Assembly (NCBI GenBank): GCA_964247055.1
Contig: OZ176052.1
Coordinates: 6,882,001-6,946,000 of the forward strand
Origin: Paragordius varius
Taxonomy: Eukaryota; Animalia; Nematomorpha
Reading direction: 5' to 3'
Length of the DNA: 64,000 nucleotides
In this document: positions 47,108-61,830 of the stretch, piece by piece
Layout of the letters: every line of letters begins with the position of its first letter
Numbering within the stretch: position 1 is the first letter of the stretch
Position numbers and translations under genes: made by a program
The notes under the pieces: model-generated
Seen by the model: only the letters and a program-made list of their open reading frames with translations
Told to the model about the DNA's origin: nothing
The model's database searches: none

Positions 47108-50100
47108 TCAATATGTATTACCCATTAATATTTTAGTCTTTACAACAATCAACAATATATTTGTAATCAAATATTTGCAACAATCATTTTATACCACCCA
47201 TTTATATTTAATTATTCAAACACAACCATATATTTTTAACAATCAAATTATATCACCATTAATATTTTAGTCTTTCCAACAATCAACCAAATATTTTTAA
47301 CAATCAATATGTATTAACCATTAATATTTTACCCTTTCCAACAATCAACCATATACTTTCAACAACCAATATGTATTACCCATTAATATTTTAGTCTTTC
47401 CAACAATCAACCAAATATTTTCAACAATCAATATGTATTACCCATTAATATTTTAGTCTTTACAACAATCAACAATATATTTGTAATCAAATATTTGCAA
47501 CAATCATTTTATACCACCCATTTATATTTAATTATTCAAACACAACCATATATTTTTAACAATCAAATTATATCACCATTAATATTTTAGTCTTTCCAAC
47601 AATCAACCATATATTTTCAACAATCAATATGGTTTACCGATTAATATTTTAGTCTTTCCAACAATCAACCATATATTTTCAACAATCAATATGTATTACC
47701 CATTAATATTTTAGTCTTTCCAACAATTAACCAAATATTTTCAACAATCAATATGTATTACCCATTAATATTTTAGTCTTTCCAACAATTAACCAAATAT
47801 TTTCAACAATCCATATGTATTTCCCATTAATATTTTAGTCTTTCCAACAATCAACCATATATTTGTAATCAAATATTTGCAACAATCATTTTATACCACC
47901 CATTTATATTTAATTATTCAAACACAACCATATATTTTTAACAATCAAATTATATCACCATTAATATTTTAGTCTTTCCAACAATCAACCATATATTTTC
48001 AACAATCAATATGGTTTACCGATTAATATTTTAGTCTTTCCAACAATCAACCATATATTTTCAACAATCAATATGTATTGCCCATTAATATTTTAGTCTT
48101 TCCAACAATTAACCAAATATTTTTAACAATCAATATGTATTACCCATTAATATTTTAGTCTTTACAACAATCAACAATATATTTTAACAATCAAATTATA
48201 TCACCTATTAATGTTTTAGTCTTTCCAACAATCAACCATATATTTGTAAAAATCAAATATTTGCAACAATCATTTTATATCACCCATTTATATTTAATTA
48301 TTCAAACAATCAACCATATATTTTCAACAATCAATATGTATTACCCATTAATGTTTTAGCTTTTCCAACAATCACCATATATTTTCAACAATCAATATGT
48401 ATTACCCATTAATATTTTAGTCTTTTCAACAATCAACCATATATTTTCAACAATCAAATTATATCTCCCATTAATATTTTAGTTTTTTCAACAATCAACC
48501 ATATATTTTCAACAATCAATATGGTTTACCCATTAATATTTTAGTCTTTACAACAATCAACCATATATTTTCAACAATTAAATTATATCACCATTAATAT
48601 TTTAGTCTTTCCAACAATCAACCATATATTTGTAATCAAATATTTGCAACAATCATTTTATACCACCCATTTATATTTAATTAATCAAACAATCACCCAT
48701 ATATTTTTAACAATCAAAATTTATCACCATTAATATTTTAGTTTTTCCAACAATCAACCAAATATTTTCAACAATCAATATGTATTACCCATTAATATTT
48801 TAGTTTTTTCAACAATCAACCATATATTTTCAACAATCAATATGGTTTACCCATTAATATTTTAGTCTTTACAACAATCAACCATATATTTTCAACAATT
48901 AAATTATATCACCATTAATATTTTAGTCTTTCCAACAATCAACCATATATTTGTAATCAAATATTTGCAACAATCATTTTATACCACCCATTTATATTTA
49001 ATTAATCAAACAATCAACCATATATTTTTAACAATCAAAATTTATCACCATTAATATTTTAGTCTTTCCAACAATCAACCATATATTTTCAACAATCAAT
49101 ATATTTTACCCATTAATATTTTAGTCTTTGCAACAATCAACCATATATTTTCAACAATTAAATTATATCACCATTAATATTTTAGTCTTTTCAACAATCA
49201 ACCATATATTTTCAACAATCAATATGGTTTACCCATTAATATTTTAGTCTTTACAACAATCAACCATATATTTTCAACAATTAAATTATATCACCATTAA
49301 TATTTTAGTCTTTCCAACAATCAACCATATATTTGTAATCAAATATTTGCAACAATCATTTTATACCACCCATTTATATTTAATTAATCAAACAATCAAC
49401 CATATATTTTTAACAATCAAAATTTATCACCATTAATATTTTAGTCTTTCCAACAATCAACCATATATTTTCAACAATCAATATATTTTACCCATTAATA
49501 TTTTAGTCTTTACAACAATCAACCATATATTTTCAACAATTAAATTATATCACCATTAATATTTTAGTCTTTCCAACAATCAACCATATATTTGTAATCA
49601 AATATTTGCAACAATCATTTTATACCACCCATTTATATTTAATTAATCAAACAATCAACCATATATTTTTAACAATCAAAATTTATCACCATTAATATTT
49701 TAGTCTTTCCAACAATCAACCATATATTTTCAACAATCAATATATTTTACCCATTAATATTTTAGTCTTTGCAACAATCAACCATATATTTTCAACAATT
49801 AAATTATATCACCATTAATATTTTAGCCTTTCCAACAATCAACCATATATTTTCAACAATAAATATGGTTTACCCATTAATATTTTAGTCTTTACAACAA
49901 TCAACCATATATTTTCAATAATCAATATGTATTACCCATTAATATTTTAGTCTTTTCAACAATCAACCAAATATTTTCAACAATCAATATGTATTACCCA
50001 TTAATATTTTAGTATTTCCAACAATCAACCAAATATTTTCAACAATCAAATTATATCACCATTAATATTTTAGTCTTTCCAACAATCAACCATATATTTT

Positions 50101-53100
50101 CAACAACCAATATGTATTACCCATTAATATTTTAGTCTTTCCAACAATCAACCAAATATTTTTAACAATCAATATGTATTAACCATTAATATTTTACCCT
50201 TTCCAACAATCAACCATATACTTTCAACAATCAAATTATATCACCATTAATATTTTAGTCTTTCCAACAATCAACCATATATTTTCAACAATCCATATGT
50301 ATTACCCATTAATATTTTAGTCTTTCCAACAATCAACCAAATATTTTCAACAATCAATATGTATTACCCATTAATATTTTAGTTTTTTCAACAATCAACC
50401 ATATATTTTCAACAATCAAATTATATCACCCATTAATATTTTAGTATTTCCAACAATCAACCAAATATTTTCAACAATCAATATGTATTACCCATTAATA
50501 TTTTAGTCTTTCCAACAATCAACCATATATTTTCAACAATTAAATTATATCACCCATTAATATTTTAGTATTTCCAACAATCAACCAAATATTTTCAACA
50601 ATCAATATGTATTACCCATTAATATTTTAGTCTTTCCAACAATCAACCATATATTTTCAACAATTAAATTATATCACCATTAATATTTTAGTCTTTCCAA
50701 CAATCAATCAAATATTTTCAACAATCAATATGTATTACCCATTAATATTTTAGTCTTTCCAACAATCAACCATATATTTTCAACAATTATATTATATCAC
50801 CATTAATATTTTAGTCTTTCCAACAATCAATCAAATATTTTCAACAATCAATATGTATTACCCATCAATATTTTAGTCTTTTCAACAATCAAACATATAT
50901 TTTAAACAAACAAATTATATCACCCAGTAATATTTTAGTATTTCCAACAATCAACCAAATATTTTCATCAAATATGTATTACCCATAATATTTTAGTCTT
51001 TCGAACAATCAACCATATATATTCAACAATCAAATTATATCACCATTAATATTTTAGTCTTTCCAACAATCAACCATATATTTTCAACAATCAATATGTA
51101 TTACCCATTAATATTTTAGTTTTTTCAACAATCAACCATATATTTTCAACAATTAAATTATATCACCATTAATATTTTAGTCTTTCCAACAATCAATCAA
51201 ATATTTTCAACAATCAATATGTATTACCCATTAATATTTTAGTCTTTCCAACAATCAACCATATATTTTCAACAATTATATTATATCACCATTAATATTT
51301 TAGTCTTTCCAACAATCAATCAAATATTTTCAACAATCAATATGTATTACCCATCAATATTTTAGTCTTTTCAACAATCAAACATATATTTTAAACAAAC
51401 AAATTATATCACCCAGTAATATTTTAGTATTTCCAACAATCAACCAAATATTTTCAACAAATATGTATTACCCATAATATTTTAGTCTTTCGAACAATCA
51501 ACCATATATATTCAACAATCAAATTATATCACCATTAATATTTTAGTCTTTCCAACAATCAACCATATATTTTCAACAATCAAATTATATCACCCATTAA
51601 TATTTTAGTATTTCCAACAATCAACCAAATATTTTCAACAATCAATATGTATTACCCATTAATATTTTAGTCTTTCCAACAATCAACCATATATTTTCAA
51701 CAATAAATATGGTTTACCCATTAATATTTTAGTCTTTACAACAATCAACCATATATTTTCAATAATCAATATGTATTACCCATTAATATTTAAGTCTTTT
51801 CAACAATCAACCATATATTTTCAACAATCAATATGTATTACCCATTAATATTTTAGTTTTTTCAACAATCAACCATATATTTTCAACAATCAAATTATAT
51901 CACCCATTAATATTTTAGTATTTCCAACAATCAACCAAATATTTTCAACAATCAATATGTATTACCCATTAATATTTTAGTCTTTCCAACAATCAACCAT
52001 ATATTTTCAACAATAAATATGGTTTACCCATTAATATTTTAGTCTTTACAACAATCAACCATATATTTTCAATAATCAATATGTATTACCCATTAATATT
52101 TTAGTCTTTTCAACAATCAACCATATATTTTCAACAATCAAATTATATCACCCATTAATATTTTAGTTTTTTCAACAATCAACCAAATATTTTCAACAAT
52201 CAAATTATATCACCATTAATATTTTAGTCTTTCCAACAATCAACCATATATTTTCAACAACCAATATGTATTACCCATTAATATTTTAGTCTTTCCAACA
52301 ATCAACCAAATATTTTTAACAATCAATATGTATTAACCATTAATATTTTACCCTTTCCAACAATCAACCATATACTTTCAACAACCAATATGTATTACCC
52401 ATTAATATTTTAGTCTTTCCAACAATCAACCAAATATTTTTAACAATCAATATGTATTAACCATTAATATTTTACCCTTTCCAACAATCAACCATATACT
52501 TTCAACAATCAAATTATATCACCATTAATATTTTAGTCTTTCCAACAATCAACCATATATTTTCAACAATCCATATGTATTTCCCATTAATATTTTAGTC
52601 TTTCCAACAATCAACCATATATTTGTAATCAAATATTTGCAACAATCATTTTATACCACCCATTTATATTTAATTATTCAAACACAACCATATATTTTTA
52701 ACAATCAAATTATATCACCATTAACATTTTAGTCTTTCCAACAATCAACCATATATTTTCAACAATCAATATGGTTTACCCATTAATATTTTAGTCTTTC
52801 CAACAATCAACCAAATATTTTCAACAATCAATATGTATTACCCATTATTAGTCTTTTCAACAATAAACCATATATTTTCAACAATCAAATTATATCTCCC
52901 ATTAATATTTTAGTTTTTTCAACAATCAACCATATATTTTCAACAATCAATATGGTTTACCCATTAATATTTTAGTCTTTACAACAATCAACCATATATT
53001 TTCAACAATTAAATTATATCACCATTAATATTTTAGTCTTTCCAACAATCAACCATATATTTGTAATCAAATATTTGCAACAATCATTTTATACCACCCA

Positions 53101-54150
53101 TTTATATTTAATTAATCAAACAATCACCCATATATTTTTAACAATCAAAATTTATCACCATTAATATTTTAGTCTTTCCAACAATCAACCATATATTTTC
53201 AACAATCAATATGTATTACCCATTAATATTTTAGTCTTTCCAACAATCAACCATATATTTTCAACAATCAATATGTATTACCCATTAATATTTTAGTGTT
53301 TTCAACAATCAAACATATATTTTCAACAAACAAATTATATCACCCAGTAATATTTTAGTATTTCCAACAATCAACCAAATATTTTCAAGAAATATGTATT
53401 ACCCATAATATTTTAGTCTTTCCAACAATCAACCATATATATTCAACAATCAAATTATATCACCATTAATATTTTAGTCTTTCCAACAATCAACCATATA
53501 TATTCAACAATCAAATTATATCACCATTAATATTTTAGTCTTTCCAACAATCAACCATATATTTTCAACAATCAATATGTATTACCCATCAATATTTTAG
53601 TGTTTTCAACAATCAAACATATATTTTCAACAAACAAATTATATCACCCAGTAATATTTTATTATTTTCAACAATCAACCAAATATTTTCAACAATCAAT
53701 ATGTATTACCCATCAATATTTTAGTCTTTTCAACAATCAAACATATATTTTCAACAATCAAATTATATCACCATTAATATTTTACTCTTTCCAACAATCA
53801 ACCATATATTTTCAACAATCAATATGTATTACCCATTAATATTTTACTGTTTTCAACAATCAAACATATATTTTCAACAAACAAATTATATCACCCAGTA
53901 ATATTTTAGTATTTCCAACAATCAACCAAATATTTTCAAGAAATATGTATTACCCATAATATTTTAGTCTTTCCAACAATCAACCATATATATTCAACAA
54001 TCAAATTATATCACCATTAATATTTTAGTCTTTCCAACAATCAACCATATATATTCAACAATCAAATTATATCACCATTAATATTTTAGTCTTTCCAACA
54101 ATCAACCATATATTTTCAACAATCAATATGTATTACCCATCAATATTTTA

Positions 54151-57100
54151 GTGTTTTCAACAATCAAACATATATTTTCAACAAACAAATTATATCACCC
54201 AGTAATATTTTATTATTTTCAACAATCAACCAAATATTTTCAACAATCAATATGTATTACCCATCAATATTTTAGTCTTTTCAACAATCAAACATATATT
54301 TTCAACAATCAAATTATATCACCATTAATATTTTACTCTTTCCAACAATCAACCATATATTTTCAACAATCAATATGTATTACCCATCAATATTTTAGTG
54401 TTTTCAACAATCAAACATATATTTTCAACAAACAAATTATATCACCCAGTAATATTTTAGTATTTTCAACAATCAACCAAATATTTTCAAGAAATATGTA
54501 TTACCCATAATATTTTAGTCTTTCCAACAATCAACCATATATATTCAACAATCAAATTATATCACCATTAATATTTTAGTCTTTCCAACAATCAACCATA
54601 TATTTCAACAATCAAATTATATCACCCATTAATATTTTAGTATTTCCAACAATCAACCAAATATTTTCAACAATCAATATGTATTACCCATTAATATTTT
54701 AGTTTTTTCAACAATCAACCATATATTTTCAACAATCAAATTATATCACCCATTAATATTTTAGTATTTCCAACAATCAACCAAATATTTTCAACAATCA
54801 ATATGTATTACCCATTAATATTTTAGTCTTTCCAACAATCAACCATATATTTTCAACAATTAAATTATATCACCATTAATATTTTAGTCTTTCCAACAAT
54901 CAATCAAATATTTTCAACAATCAATATGTATTACCCATTAATATTTTAGTCTTTCCAACAATCAACCATATATTTTCAACAATTATATTATATCACCATT
55001 AATATTTTAGTCTTTCCAACAATCAATCAAATATTTTCAACAATCAATATGTATTACCCATCAATATTTTAGTCTTTTCAACAATCAAACATATATTTTA
55101 AACAAACAAATTATATCACCCAGTAATATTTTAGTATTTCCAACAATCAACCAAATATTTTCAACAAATATGTATTACCCATAATATTTTAGTCTTTCGA
55201 ACAATCAACCATATATATTCAACAATCAAATTATATCACCATTAATATTTTAGTCTTTCCAACAATCAACCATATATTTTCAACAATCAATATGTATTAC
55301 CCATTAATATTTTAGTTTTTTCAACAATCAACCATATATTTTCAACAATCAAATTATATCACCCATTAATATTTTAGTATTTCCAACAATCAACCAAATA
55401 TTTTCAACAATCAATATGTATTACCCATTAATATTTTAGTCTTTCCAACAATCAACCATATATTTTCAACAATAAATATGGTTTACCCATTAATATTTTA
55501 GTCTTTACAACAATCAACCATATATTTTCAATAATCAATATGTATTACCCATTAATATTTAAGTCTTTTCAACAATCAACCAAATATTTTCAACAATCAA
55601 TATGTATTACCCATTAATATTTTAGTTTTTTCAACAATCAACCAAATATTTTCAACAATCAAATTATATCACCCATTAATATTTTAGTATTTCCAACAAT
55701 CAACCAAATATTTTCAACAATCAATATGTATTACCCATTAATATTTTAGTCTTTCCAACAATCAACCATATATTTTCAACAATAAATATGGTTTACCCAT
55801 TAATATTTTAGTCTTTACAACAATCAACCATATATTTTCAATAATCAATATGTATTACCCATTAATATTTTAGTCTTTTCAACAATCAACCAAATATTTT
55901 CAACAATCAATATGTATTACCCATTAATATTTTAGTATTTCCAACAATCAACCAAATATTTTCAACAATCAAATTATATCACCATTAATATTTTAGTCTT
56001 TCCAACAATCAACCATATATTTTCAACAACCAATATGTATTACCCATTAATATTTTAGTCTTTCCAACAATCAACCAAATATTTTTAACAATCAATATGT
56101 ATTAACCATTAATATTTTACCCTTTCCAACAATCAACCATATACTTTCAACAACCAATATGTATTACCCATTAATATTTTAGTCTTTCCAACAATCAACC
56201 AAATATTTTCAACAATCAATATGTATTACCCATTAATATTTTAGTCTTTACAACAATCAACAATATATTTGTAATCAAATATTTGCAACAATCATTTTAT
56301 ACCACCCATTTATATTTAATTATTCAAACACAACCATATATTTTTAACAATCAAATTATATCACCATTAATATTTTAGTCTTTCCAACAATCAACCATAT
56401 ATTTTCAACAATCAATATGGTTTACCGATTAATATTTTAGTCTTTCCAACAATCAACCATATATTTTCAACAATCAATATGTATTACCCATTAATATTTT
56501 AGTCTTTCCAACAATTAACCAAATATTTTCAACAATCAATATGTATTACCCATTAATATTTTAGTCTTTCCAACAATTAACCAAATATTTTCAACAATCC
56601 ATATGTATTTCCCATTAATATTTTAGTCTTTCCAACAATCAACCATATATTTGTAATCAAATATTTGCAACAATCATTTTATACCACCCATTTATATTTA
56701 ATTATTCAAACACAACCATATATTTTTAACAATCAAATTATATCACCATTAATATTTTAGTCTTTCCAACAATCAACCATATATTTTCAACAATCAATAT
56801 GGTTTACCGATTAATATTTTAGTCTTTCCAACAATCAACCATATATTTTCAACAATCAATATGTATTACCCATTAATATTTTAGTCTTTCCAACAATTAA
56901 CCAAATATTTTCAACAATCAATATGTATTACCCATTAATATTTTAGTCTTTACAACAATCAACAATATATTTTAACAATCAAATTATATCACCTATTAAT
57001 GTTTTAGTCTTTCCAACAATCAACCATATATTTGTAAAAATCAAATATTTGCAACAATCATTTTATATCACCCATTTATATTTAATTATTCAAACAATCA

Positions 57101-60100
57101 ACCATATATTTTCAACAATCAATATGTATTACCCATTAATGTTTTAGCTTTTCCAACAATCACCATATATTTTCAACAATCAATATGTATTACCCATTAA
57201 TATTTTAGTCTTTTCAACAATCAACCATATATTTTCAACAATCAAATTATATCTCCCATTAATATTTTAGTTTTTTCAACAATCAACCATATATTTTCAA
57301 CAATCAATATGGTTTACCCATTAATATTTTAGTCTTTACAACAATCAACCATATATTTTCAACAATTAAATTATATCACCATTAATATTTTAGTCTTTCC
57401 AACAATCAACCATATATTTGTAATCAAATATTTGCAACAATCATTTTATACCACCCATTTATATTTAATTAATCAAACAATCACCCATATATTTTTAACA
57501 ATCAAAATTTATCACCATTAATATTTTAGTCTTTCCAACAATCAACCATATATTTTCAACAATCAATATGTATTACCCATTAATATTTTAGTCTTTCCAA
57601 CAATCAACCATATATTTTCAACAATTAAATTATATCACCATTAATATTTTAGTCTTTCCAACAATCAACCATATATTTTCAACAATCAATATGTATTACC
57701 CATTAATATTTTAGTCTTTCCAACAATCAACAATATAATTTCAACAATCAATATGTATTACCCATTAATATTTTAGTTTTTCCAACAATCAACCAAATAT
57801 TTTCAACAATCAATATGTATTACCCATTAATATTTTAGTTTTTTCAACAATCAACCATATATTTTCAACAATCAATATGGTTTACCCATTAATATTTTAG
57901 TCTTTACAACAATCAACCATATATTTTCAACAATTAAATTATATCACCATTAATATTTTAGTCTTTCCAACAATCAACCATATATTTGTAATCAAATATT
58001 TGCAACAATCATTTTATACCACCCATTTATATTTAATTAATCAAACAATCAACCATATATTTTTAACAATCAAAATTTATCACCATTAATATTTTAGTCT
58101 TTCCAACAATCAACCATATATTTTCAACAATCAATATATTTTACCCATTAATATTTTAGTCTTTGCAACAATCAACCATATATTTTCAACAATTAAATTA
58201 TATCACCATTAATATTTTAGTCTTTCCAACAATCAACCAAATATTTTTAACAATCAATATGTATTAACCATTAATATTTTAGCCTTTCCAACAATCAACC
58301 ATATATTTTTAACAATCAAAATTTATCACCATTAATATTTTAGTCTTTCCAACAATCAACCATATATTTTCAACAATAAATATGGTTTACCCATTAATAT
58401 TTTAGTCTTTACAACAATCAACCATATATTTTCAATAATCAATATGTATTACCCATTAATATTTTAGTCTTTTCAACAATCAACCAAATATTTTCAACAA
58501 TCAATATGTATTACCCATTAATATTTTAGTATTTCCAACAATCAACCAAATATTTTCAACAATCAAATTATATCACCATTAATATTTTAGTCTTTCCAAC
58601 AATCAACCATATATTTTCAACAACCAATATGTATTACCCATTAATATTTTAGTCTTTCCAACAATCAACCAAATATTTTTAACAATCAATATGTATTAAC
58701 CATTAATATTTTACCCTTTCCAACAATCAACCATATACTTTCAACAATCAAATTATATCACCATTAATATTTTAGTCTTTCCAACAATCAACCATATATT
58801 TTCAACAATCCATATGTATTTCCCATTAATATTTTAGTCTTTCCAACAATCAACCATATATTTGTAATCAAATATTTGCAACAATCATTTTATACCACCC
58901 ATTTATATTTAATTATTCAAACACAACCATATATTTTTAACAATCAAATTATATCACCATTAACATTTTAGTCTTTCCAACAATCAACCATATATTTTCA
59001 ACAATCAATATGGTTTACCCATTAATATTTTAGTCTTTCCAACAATCAACCAAATATTTTCAACAATCAATATGTATTACCCATTATTAGTCTTTTCAAC
59101 AATAAACCATATATTTTCAACAATCAAATTATATCACCCATTAATATTTTAGTATTTCCAACAATCAATCAAATATTTTCAACAATCAATATGGTTTACC
59201 CATTAATATTTTAGTCTTTCCAACAATCAACCATATATTTTCAACAATCAATATGTATTACCCATTAATATTTTAGTCTTTCCAACAATTAACCAAATAT
59301 TTTCAACAATCAATATGTATTACCCATTAATATTTTAGTATTTCCAACAATCAACCAAATATTTTCAACAATCAATATGTATTACCCATCAATATTTTAG
59401 TCTTTTCAACAATCAAACATATATTTTCAACAATCAAATTATATCACCATTAATATTTTACTCTTTCCAACAATCAACCATATATTTTCAACAATCAATA
59501 TGTATTACCCATCAATATTTTAGTGTTTTCAACAATCAAACATATATTTTCAACAAACAAATTATATCACCCAGTAATATTTTAGTATTTCCAACAATCA
59601 ACCAAATATTTTCAAGAAATATGTATTACCCATAATATTTTAGTCTTTCCAACAATCAACCATATATATTCAACAATCAAATTATATCACCATTAATATT
59701 TTAGTCTTTCCAACAATCAACCATATATTTTCAACAATCAATATGTATTACCCATCAATATTTTAGTGTTTTCAACAATCAAACATATATTTTCAACAAA
59801 CAAATTATATCGCCCAGTAATATTTTAGTCTTTTCAACAATCAACCAAATATTTTCAACAATCAATATGTATTACCCATCAATATTTTAGTCTTTTCAAC
59901 AATCAAACATATATTTTCAACAATCAAATTATATCACCATTAATATTTTACTCTTTCCAACAATCAACCATATATTTTCAACAATCAATATGTATTACCC
60001 ATCAATATTTTAGTGTTTTCAACAATCAAACATATATTTTCAACAAACAAATTATATCACCCAGTAATATTTTAGTATTTCCAACAATCAACCAAATATT

Positions 60101-61760
60101 TTCAAGAAATATGTATTACCCATAATATTTTAGTCTTTCCAACAATCAACCATATATATTCAACAATCAAATTATATCACCATTAATATTTTAGTCTTTC
60201 CAACAATCAACCATATATTTTCAACAATCAATATGTATTACCCATTAATATATTAGTCTTTCCAACAATCAACCAAATATTTTCAACTATCAATATGTAT
60301 TACCCATTAATATTTTATTTTTTTCAACAATCAACCATATATTTTCAACAATCAAATTATATCACCCATTAATATTTTAGTATTTCCAACAATCAACCAA
60401 ATATTTTCAACAATCAATATGTATTACCCATTAATATTTTAGTCTTTCCAACAATCAACCATATATTTTCAACAATTAAATTATATCACCATTAATATTT
60501 TAGTCTTTCCAACAATCAATCAAATATTTACAACAATCAATATGTATTACCCATTAATATTTTAGTCTTTCCAACAATCAACCATATATTTTCAACAATT
60601 ATATTATATCACCATTAATATTTTAGTCTTTCCAACAATCAATCAAATATTTTCAACAATCAATATGTATTAACCATCAATATTTTAGTCTTTTCAACAA
60701 TCAAACATATATTTTAAACAAACAAATTATATCACCCAGTAATATTTTAGTATTTCCAACAATCAACCAAATATTTTCAACAAATATGTATTACCCATAA
60801 TATTTTAGTCTTTCGAACAATCAACCATATATATTCAACAATCAAATTATATCACCATTAATATTTTAGTCTTTCCAACAATCAACCATATATTTTCAAC
60901 AATCAATATGTATTACCCATTAATATTTTAGTTTTTTCAACAATCAACCATATATTTTCAACAATCAAATTATATCACCCATTAATATTTTAGTATTTCC
61001 AACAATCAACCAAATATTTTCAACAATCAATATGTATTACCCATTAATATTTTAGTCTTTCCAACAATCAACCATATATTTTCAACAATAAATATGGTTT
61101 ACCCATTAATATTTTAGTCTTTACAACAATCAACCATATATTTTCAATAATCAATATGTATTACCCATTAATATTTTAGTCTTTTCAACAATCAACCAAA
61201 TATTTTCAACAATCAATATGTATCATTAATATTTTAGTTTTTTCAACAATCAACCAAATATTTTCAACAATCAAATTATATCACCCATTAATATTTTAGT
61301 ATTTCCAACAATCAACCAAATATTTTCAACAATCAATATGTATTACCCATTAATATTTTAGTCTTTCCAACAATCAACCATATATTTTCAACAATAAATA
61401 TGGTTTACCCATTAATATTTTAGTCTTTACAACAATCAACCATATATTTTCAATAATCAATATGTATTACCCATTAATATTTTAGTCTTTTCAACAATCA
61501 ACCAAATATTTTCAACAATCAATATGTATTACCCATTAATATTTTAGTATTTCCAACAATCAACCAAATATTTTCAACAATCAAATTATATCACCATTAA
61601 TATTTTAGTCTTTCCAACAATCAACCATATATTTTCAACAACCAATATGTATTACCCATTAATATTTTAGTCTTTCCAACAATCAACCAAATATTTTTAA
61701 CAATCAATATGTATTAACCATTAATATTTTACCCTTTCCAACAATCAACCATATACTTTC
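54151..61760 (+). repeat. About 5.6-kb super-HOR cycle (about 90 monomers), one full copy plus a partial second copy
   Basis: GTGTTTTC block 54151/59766 (5615) and CGAAC 55198/60814 (5616), with block order conserved. Confidence 0.75.
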
Positions 61761-61830
61761 AACAATCAAATTATATCACCATTAATATTTTAGTCTTTCC
61801 AACAATCAACCATATATTTTCAACAATCAA

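Larger units (their letters stand above)
19731..61830 (+). repeat. Sub-array 3 (homogenised core assembled from a small set of recurring multi-monomer blocks)
   Basis: Defined by variants largely confined here: TTTCGAAC, TTTACCCTTTCC...ATATACTTTC, CAACAACCAATATG, TAAATATGGTTT...TTACAAC...TCAATAATC, TTTACCGATT and TTAGTGTTTTC...TCAAGAAAT. Confidence 0.7.

Noticed and set aside
22445-54510. Five near-identical ORFs MFSTIKHIFSTNKLYHPV... (22445, 25849, 40422, 53600, 54151; 79-119 aa)
   Set aside because: They start at a GTG made by a monomer variant. The peptide simply cycles through the three frames of the 62-bp monomer (FQQSTIYFQQSICITH / FNNQTYIFNNQIISP / FSTINQIFS). The copies are identical because the block was duplicated, and they end at different points (a TGA variant at about 22781). 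There is no recognisable domain or gene context. Ribo-seq or peptide evidence would be needed to revive them.
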